Shown piece by piece: positions 49,760 through 55,008 of a DNA stretch of 55,008 bases. Position 1 is the first letter of the stretch, and every line of letters begins with the position of its first letter. The notes under the pieces are model-generated. The model was not told the origin of the DNA and did no database searches. It saw only the letters and a list, made by a program, of their open reading frames with translations. The position numbers and the translations under genes are program-made. The DNA is from Sphingomonadaceae bacterium (GTDB taxonomy: Bacteria; Chloroflexota; UBA6077), in assembly GCA_050261575.1 (NCBI GenBank), contig JBLNDL010000045.1:1-55008 (forward strand), given 5' to 3'.

Positions 49760-49856
49760 AAGCGGCAAACCCCTCTCGATGTCGAGAGGGGTTCGCCGTC
49801 TGGTTGTCCCTCCGCCCAACGGTCGGGGCGGACCCGCGAGTGATCTCGGCCCGCCG

Positions 49857-50351
49857 CTAGGCTGGCTTGTGGCAGTTCTGGCATTGAGCGTTCGTGTAGC
49901 TCTGGTGGTTGGCAGGCATGCCGGTTCCGCCCTTGGCCGCTACGCCTGCGCCGCCGGCCTGGTGGCAGCTAGTGCAGTTCTCCATGCCCTGAACCGGGTG
50001 AGGAATGGCAGGCATTGCGGCAGCGGCTGCGGGCTTGGTGGCAGCCGGCGCGGCCGTCGCTGCAGCCGCGGGCTTGGTGGGCGCGGCCGTAGGGGCCACG
50101 GTGGGAGCCGCGGTGGGCGCCGCCGTTGCGGCCGGCTTGGTAGGCGCGACCGTAGGGGCTACCGTGGGAGCCACGGTGGGCGCCGCCGTTGCCGCTGGCT
50201 TGGTGGGCGCGACCGTAGGGGCAGCCGCCGGTGCGGTAGCCTTGGCAGCCGGAGTCGGAGTCGGCGCCGCCCCGCCCGCGCACGCGGCTGCCAGGACCGA
50301 TGCTGCGATGAGTGAGACACCCAGAATCTGGAGACGTCTTCGCAACTTCAC
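49857..50351 (-). CDS. Di-heme cytochrome c lipoprotein on a repetitive Ala/Pro/Thr stalk
   Basis: GGGAGG RBS before GTG 50351; LAAAC lipobox; CTSCH and CQNCH heme motifs. Confidence 0.82.
   Translation of the reverse strand: MKLRRRLQILGVSLIAASVLAAACAGGAAPTPTPAAKATAPAAAPTVAPTKPAATAAPTVAPTVAPTVAPTKPAATAAPTAAPTVAPTAAPTKPAAAATAAPAATKPAAAAAMPAIPHPVQGMENCTSCHQAGGAGVAAKGGTGMPANHQSYTNAQCQNCHKPA
50071..50230. repeat. 63-bp tandem repeat (about 2.5 copies) encoding APTKPAATAAPTVAPTVAPTV
   Basis: GGCTTGGT(G/A)GGCGCG recurs at 50071, 50134 and 50197. Confidence 0.85.
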
Positions 50352-51117
50352 TAGAGCCCTCCCTTGGGTTTTGAGTGATGATGGGCAAATCGCTCGATCA
50401 CTGCTGCTTCGGAACTGACTGACTCTCACCTCCAACCAACCTGTGCCCGCCTGCTCGCAGGCCGAACGCCGGCCAGGCAAACGGATGCCACGGCTGCAGG
50501 AGGACCTCTCCAGGGGACATCCCATCCCCGGCCTCTGCAACACCCTCTTTCAAGATGCCGCAAGAAGCATACCGGCCTGTCGTCGCCGGACGGGTCCCCG
50601 CTCCACGGGCCACATGCCCCGGAGGCGCCGTGACTCACCGAATCTGCTTAAATGGACGTCGAGCCTGGAGCTACGGAACAGTGAATGAGGGCCACACCAG
50701 GAGCCCTAACAAGAACCGCATTCTACCATAGAGAACCACGTGGTTGCCAAGTACCTAGCGACCGAAAACCGCGAGCCAATCGCGGCGCCCGCAGGAGAGT
50801 TCGCATAGAGATCGCTTTGGGCATGTGGGCTGGCCTAAGAATTGATATAGACAGCTAAGTGCAGCGAGAAGCCGCATAGCATGATAGCCGCCACGGGCGT
50901 CCTGCCTACCCGCGCGAGCGTTCGGTTCGGCAGGGAGCCCAGGTGGGCAGCACGGAGTGTCAACCCCCTGGCGGCGGGGTTGCGTCCAGGCGACGACCTG
51001 CGCTGCCCGCGCTACCACCTCCCTATCCTTGAGACCCGGGGCGACGTGCCCCGACAGACGGGACGCAGCTATCGAGGAAGCCGAGGCACGGGAGCGCGTG
51101 AGTTAAGGAGGTGTCCC

Positions 51118-51630
51118 TTGGTAAAGCCTTCCCTTGAGACCTTCCCATCTGATAGAGCGGGGGCGCCCGTGCGCTTCGCTTCCGGCAACGGCGCGGTTAC
51201 GACGGCGAAGCCTCCACGCACCTCTGCTGTCGACGCGGGTGACGGACCAGACTACGTGGACGACTGGATGGAGAGGAACCTCGACCCCGGCGTGATGGAG
51301 TTCGTCCGCATCCACTGCACCTCTTTCGCCCGGTGGGATCTGCTTCGGAAGCTGCAGTCGGAGCGTTTTGGATCAACCGTGGAAGCCCTAGCCAACGCCA
51401 CTGGGACGAGCCCGGCGGTAGCCTCGAGAGAGTTGCAGTACCTAACGGGAGCCGGCCTCGTCAGCCAGCACCGTCAGCAGGGGAGGACGGTCTACCGCTT
51501 GAGGTCCGACACCCCACAGCGCCACGCGCTGGACGCCGCGATTCGCAGCTTCGACGATAATCGGGAGTTCCGCTTCGCTCTGGTCTACGCCATCGTTAGG
51601 GCAAGCCATCGCGGCGCCGTTATGGAATAG
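51118..51630 (+). CDS. Winged-helix domain protein, uncharacterised
   Basis: AAGGAGG before TTG 51118; TVEALANATGTSPAVASRELQYLTGAGLV..TVYRL winged-helix pattern. Confidence 0.7.
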   Translation: MVKPSLETFPSDRAGAPVRFASGNGAVTTAKPPRTSAVDAGDGPDYVDDWMERNLDPGVMEFVRIHCTSFARWDLLRKLQSERFGSTVEALANATGTSPAVASRELQYLTGAGLVSQHRQQGRTVYRLRSDTPQRHALDAAIRSFDDNREFRFALVYAIVRASHRGAVME

Positions 51631-51708
51631 TGTGAGGCATGAGAGAAGGCCGCGGCCACGACCCAACTCCGGCCAGTCTGCGACCCCCTTCAGTCTCGCA
51701 TTAGGTGC

Positions 51709-51924
51709 TTACTGTTTGCGCCGGCGACCTCGGCGACCTCCCCTGCCTCGCCTGGGAGACGCGCCGCCGGACGAGGGTGGCGTTTGGTCTGCCAGCCATT
51801 GGCGAAACTCCTCTGGTGCGAGGAGGATCTCTTCCTGCACCCACTCGGGCGCCAGTTCGATCTCCTCGGGCAACCAGGTGCACTCGCTGGGCCTCACGCC
51901 CCTTTGCCAAGTGCTCCAGGACAC
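51709..51924 (-). CDS. Small hypothetical protein
   Basis: GGGAGG before GTG 51924; acidic, Trp-rich core and basic tail; fills the gap downstream of the zincin gene. Confidence 0.4.
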   Translation of the reverse strand: MSWSTWQRGVRPSECTWLPEEIELAPEWVQEEILLAPEEFRQWLADQTPPSSGGASPRRGRGGRRGRRRKQ

Positions 51925-52003
51925 TGTTACCCTCCCGCCTGCCACTGCTCAACAGGGCCCGTCACGCCATCTACCTCCCCATTATACGACGAGTGCGTCC
52001 GTT

Positions 52004-52447
52004 CTAGTCTAGCCCCATCCTCCCCAATTCCTCATCACTGATGCCGTAGAAATGGGCGACCTCGTGTAGCACGGTGCGCCTGACCTCCTCGCGGATCTCA
52101 TCAGGGGACTGGCAGACGGCCAGGATCGGCCGGCGGTAAAGGATTATGCGGTCCGGCGGGGTCAGGTTGTACCAGTCTCCCCGCTCGGTGAGGGGGATAC
52201 CCTCGTAGTATCCCAGGAGCGTGTCGTCGCGGGACATCCCCAGGCTCTCCAGCAACTCTGGATCTGGGTATTCCTCGACGATGACGGCGACGTTGTCCAG
52301 CCTGGAGCGGAACGGCTCGGGGATCTGACGTAGCGCATCGGCCACGAGCCGCTCGAACCGCTCCCGCCTGCCCGCCTCTCCGGCGGGCCCCATATTCCTC
52401 AACTGTGCCACTCGCCTTCTGCGGTCGCTGCCCTTACCCTTACTCAA
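52004..52447 (-). CDS. Zincin-like metallopeptidase (DUF1025/Zincin_1)
   Basis: FERLVADAL..IP, LLGYYEGIPLTER, PDRIILYRRPI, TVLHEVAHFYG. Confidence 0.9.
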   Translation of the reverse strand: MSKGKGSDRRRRVAQLRNMGPAGEAGRRERFERLVADALRQIPEPFRSRLDNVAVIVEEYPDPELLESLGMSRDDTLLGYYEGIPLTERGDWYNLTPPDRIILYRRPILAVCQSPDEIREEVRRTVLHEVAHFYGISDEELGRMGLD

Positions 52448-53684
52448 CCACCATCTCCTGTCGAGCGCAGTAGAGCGCTATCGCGGTTCCCGCCACCGAG
52501 AGCCCGCCGAGCATCGTCCAGGCTGTCTGAAAGGAGCCTGTAACGTCGACGACGAACCCAAAGAGCGGCGGCCCTCCCACCGTTCCGGCTTGTGCCAGGG
52601 TCATGCCGAAGCCGACGCCGGTGGCGGCGTACCGGCGGCCGGCCGACTCCGCCATGACCGCCTGGTAGAGGCCGTTCCAACCGATGGCCGTGGCGCCAAA
52701 GAAGAAGACCGTACCCGACAGCAGCCACAGCGGTATGCCGGGATCCAGCCTGGCCATGAAGAGCGAACAGCAGGCGGACAACCCCCCGATGATGGCCATC
52801 ACCACCATGCGGCGCCCGTGGAACAGTCGATCGCTGACCAGGCCCCAGAAGACTCTACCAAACACCCCTCCCCCCTGGCAAAGCGCCAGGAACCCTCCTG
52901 CCGCGACCACCCGGGTGCTGGCATCCGGAACCTGAGAGACCAGGATCACCTCTTTGAAGTAGAGCGCCAGGTAGGTGGTGAGCCCAAGCTGCACCGTGAC
53001 GTAGAGGACAGACACGGCGCTCATGAGCCAGATCTGCTTGATGCGGATCACCTGGCGCAGCCCTGCCCGCATCCCGGATTTCCCCTGCGCGGGGACATCG
53101 GCCTGGCGGTAGTCGCGATAGAGCAGGGACGTGACCAGGGCGGCGACGACGACGAAAACGCCGACCATCGCGACGGCCGACCGCCAGCCGAATACGAGCG
53201 CGATGGCTGGGAGCGTGGAGGCTGCGAGGATGCCCGCGGCCGGGACCCCGGTCTGCTTGACACCCATCGCGGTGGCTCTCGATCGGGACGGGAACCAGTC
53301 CATGATGGCCTTGCTGATCCCCGGGGAGGTCACGCCGCGGCCCACACCCGCGCCGAACATGACGGCGATGGCCTGGACGTACGAGCCTACCGCGGCCATC
53401 GACAGCATGAAGCCGCCGATGAGCAGTTGCCCGATGGAGAGCATCCTTCGCACGCCGTGGCGATCGGTGAGGGTTCCGGCGACCAACAACACCCCCCACG
53501 CGCCAGCGTAGGCAGCCGACGAAAAGAACCCAACCTGTGCGTTGGTCAATCCCAGCTCGGGCTGGAAGAGTGGAGCCAGGGGAGCGATTCCCTGGCTGGC
53601 GAGCGCGTTGGCGAACTGACTGAGGAAGGCGACCAGTAAGGCTACCCAACGGTAGCGGGCTGCGGCGGTTTCTGCATTGGTCAC
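52440..53684 (-). CDS. MFS transporter
   Basis: About 12 TM; GTLTDRHGVRR (motif A), WFPSRSRATAMG, GLVSDR. Confidence 0.92.
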   Translation of the reverse strand: MTNAETAAARYRWVALLVAFLSQFANALASQGIAPLAPLFQPELGLTNAQVGFFSSAAYAGAWGVLLVAGTLTDRHGVRRMLSIGQLLIGGFMLSMAAVGSYVQAIAVMFGAGVGRGVTSPGISKAIMDWFPSRSRATAMGVKQTGVPAAGILAASTLPAIALVFGWRSAVAMVGVFVVVAALVTSLLYRDYRQADVPAQGKSGMRAGLRQVIRIKQIWLMSAVSVLYVTVQLGLTTYLALYFKEVILVSQVPDASTRVVAAGGFLALCQGGGVFGRVFWGLVSDRLFHGRRMVVMAIIGGLSACCSLFMARLDPGIPLWLLSGTVFFFGATAIGWNGLYQAVMAESAGRRYAATGVGFGMTLAQAGTVGGPPLFGFVVDVTGSFQTAWTMLGGLSVAGTAIALYCARQEMVVE

Positions 53685-53908
53685 GATAAGAGGCTCCCTC
53701 GTAACGTTCTGGGGTCCTGTATCGGCGGGGAAGAACGACTGGCAGGTTCATAATTCTATACCTCCTGGCCCTGTCCCGCACCCCCGCCGGATCGGCCGCA
53801 TCAGGAACCATCCTGCCTGGCGCAAAACCTGCCGAGCGATCCTGGCCTGGGAGTGGAATCCCGATTCCGCGCGAGCGGGGATCCCAAGCCACGAGGGGGG
53901 TGGGGGCG

Positions 53909-54367
53909 ATGAAGCCTGCAGACATTGTGAAGCAGTACGTGGCGGCGCTGGAGACCGGGGACGTGGACAGGGCGGCCGGTTTCCTCTCCGACGATTTCGA
54001 GGTCGCGGGGCTGACCCCGTTGTCCATACCGCGGTGGCAGTACGTCGAGACGCTGCGGGGACTTCTGTCGGCCTTCCCTGATCTGCGCTTCAACCTGCGG
54101 GACGTCCACGAGGAGGCGGGCCTGATCAAGGCGACCGTCCACATTACCGGCACCCAAGAGCGCAACCTGGTGGTGCCTGTGCCGGACCTGCCGAGCGTGC
54201 CCGCCACGGGGAAGTGCATATCCCTGCCGGACGAGACGCAGACCTTCACGGTGCGGGGCAATAAGATCGCCTCACTGCGCGTATCCGTCTCTCCAGGCGG
54301 CGGATTCCAGGGGTTGTACCGCCAGTTGGGGGCCAGACTACCGGTGCCGTCCGCCATCACCGGGTAG
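53909..54367 (+). CDS. SnoaL-like/ester cyclase (NTF2 fold) protein
   Basis: IVKQYVAALETGD, AFPDLRF, TGT, PATGK, GNKI. Confidence 0.85.
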   Translation: MKPADIVKQYVAALETGDVDRAAGFLSDDFEVAGLTPLSIPRWQYVETLRGLLSAFPDLRFNLRDVHEEAGLIKATVHITGTQERNLVVPVPDLPSVPATGKCISLPDETQTFTVRGNKIASLRVSVSPGGGFQGLYRQLGARLPVPSAITG

Positions 54368-54519
54368 CCTCTCGTCGACTTGGCAGTGATGTGGGGCGGG
54401 GCACGAGCCCCGCCGCCAGGCAGAGGAGCAAGCCCCTTCGACGCCGATCAGGCCGTCAGAGCGCGAGGCGCTCGGGGCGAAACGCGAGCCCGGCATCACT
54501 CTTGGAGGAGGTAGCGACG

Positions 54520-54705
54520 ATGCCGATGCACGAGAAGAACGCGGCCTACACACGAGGGTGGAAGACCGGCTTCAGCCGCAGGCGTTCCATGAACGCCGGA
54601 GCGCCCGAATTGCGACTGGCCCGTCCGAAGAGGGACCGCTTCGGCCAGTTGGTCAGGGAGAGCCGGTACGGGGGCAAGGGGTACCCCGGCCTGGCCTGGC
54701 GCTGA
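54520..54705 (+). CDS. Small basic hypothetical protein (61 aa)
   Basis: Strong GGAGGAGG RBS upstream of ATG 54520; no recognised motif. Confidence 0.4.
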   Translation: MPMHEKNAAYTRGWKTGFSRRRSMNAGAPELRLARPKRDRFGQLVRESRYGGKGYPGLAWR

Positions 54706-55008
54706 CACCATTTCTCTCCAATCGGGCCCCGGCGCCGGGTTCCGGAGCGAGGGGCGGGGCCAGATGGCCACGACTCACGCGCGCAGCACCGCGTATCGAT
54801 TCCTGGCGCAGGGTTCGGGAGCGATGGGCGCTCCGTGTTCGCGCTCGCTGGCTCCCGAACCCGATCCAATGCTGCTTTCTCGGTCCCCAATCCGTGGATT
54901 GACGCTTGGGGCATCACCTGATGGGTGAATGGGAAGGGATGGGCCTGGGTGGCGGGAGAGGACAAGTGGCCATCTTCCGGGTAGACTGTGGGCCTCGGGA
55001 GGTGGAGA

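Noticed and set aside
50071..50230. Periodic repeats as a CRISPR array
   Set aside because: They are in-frame coding repeats without unique spacers; no cas genes are in the window.

Overview
High-GC bacterial chromosomal window, most consistent with Chloroflexota (inferred from the Pro/Ala/Thr-tethered lipoproteins, a Tat-lipoprotein solute-binding protein, DapL-type aminotransferase and type-2 IleRS). Gene content is mostly housekeeping and metabolic: sugar ABC ATPase (partial), glutamate dehydrogenase, XRE regulator plus cyclase, standalone LigD phosphoesterase-like protein, Xer-type recombinase, hflX, dapL, miaA, ROK kinase, polyprenyl synthase, hemW, aspS, a GntR-aldolase-peptide/sugar ABC locus, two divergent ileS paralogs flanking a cell-wall hydrolase, sufCBDSUT, glcDEF, tRNA-Gln(CUG), site-2 protease, stalked lipoproteins, dut, a di-heme cytochrome and an MFS transporter. 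The most notable signals are: (1) two type-2 IleRS paralogs that both carry GxHH instead of HxGH, one T-box controlled and the other with heavily remodelled motifs (GPI, PMHKS) and no T-box; (2) a dif-like 28-mer directly upstream of the Xer recombinase; (3) a LigD phosphoesterase domain lacking several catalytic residues; (4) a heptamer palindromic repeat inserted in frame in ileS; (5) several distinct REP-like families in intergenic gaps. No CRISPR array, rRNA or transposase was seen. All calls come from motif recognition by eye; no database searches were run.
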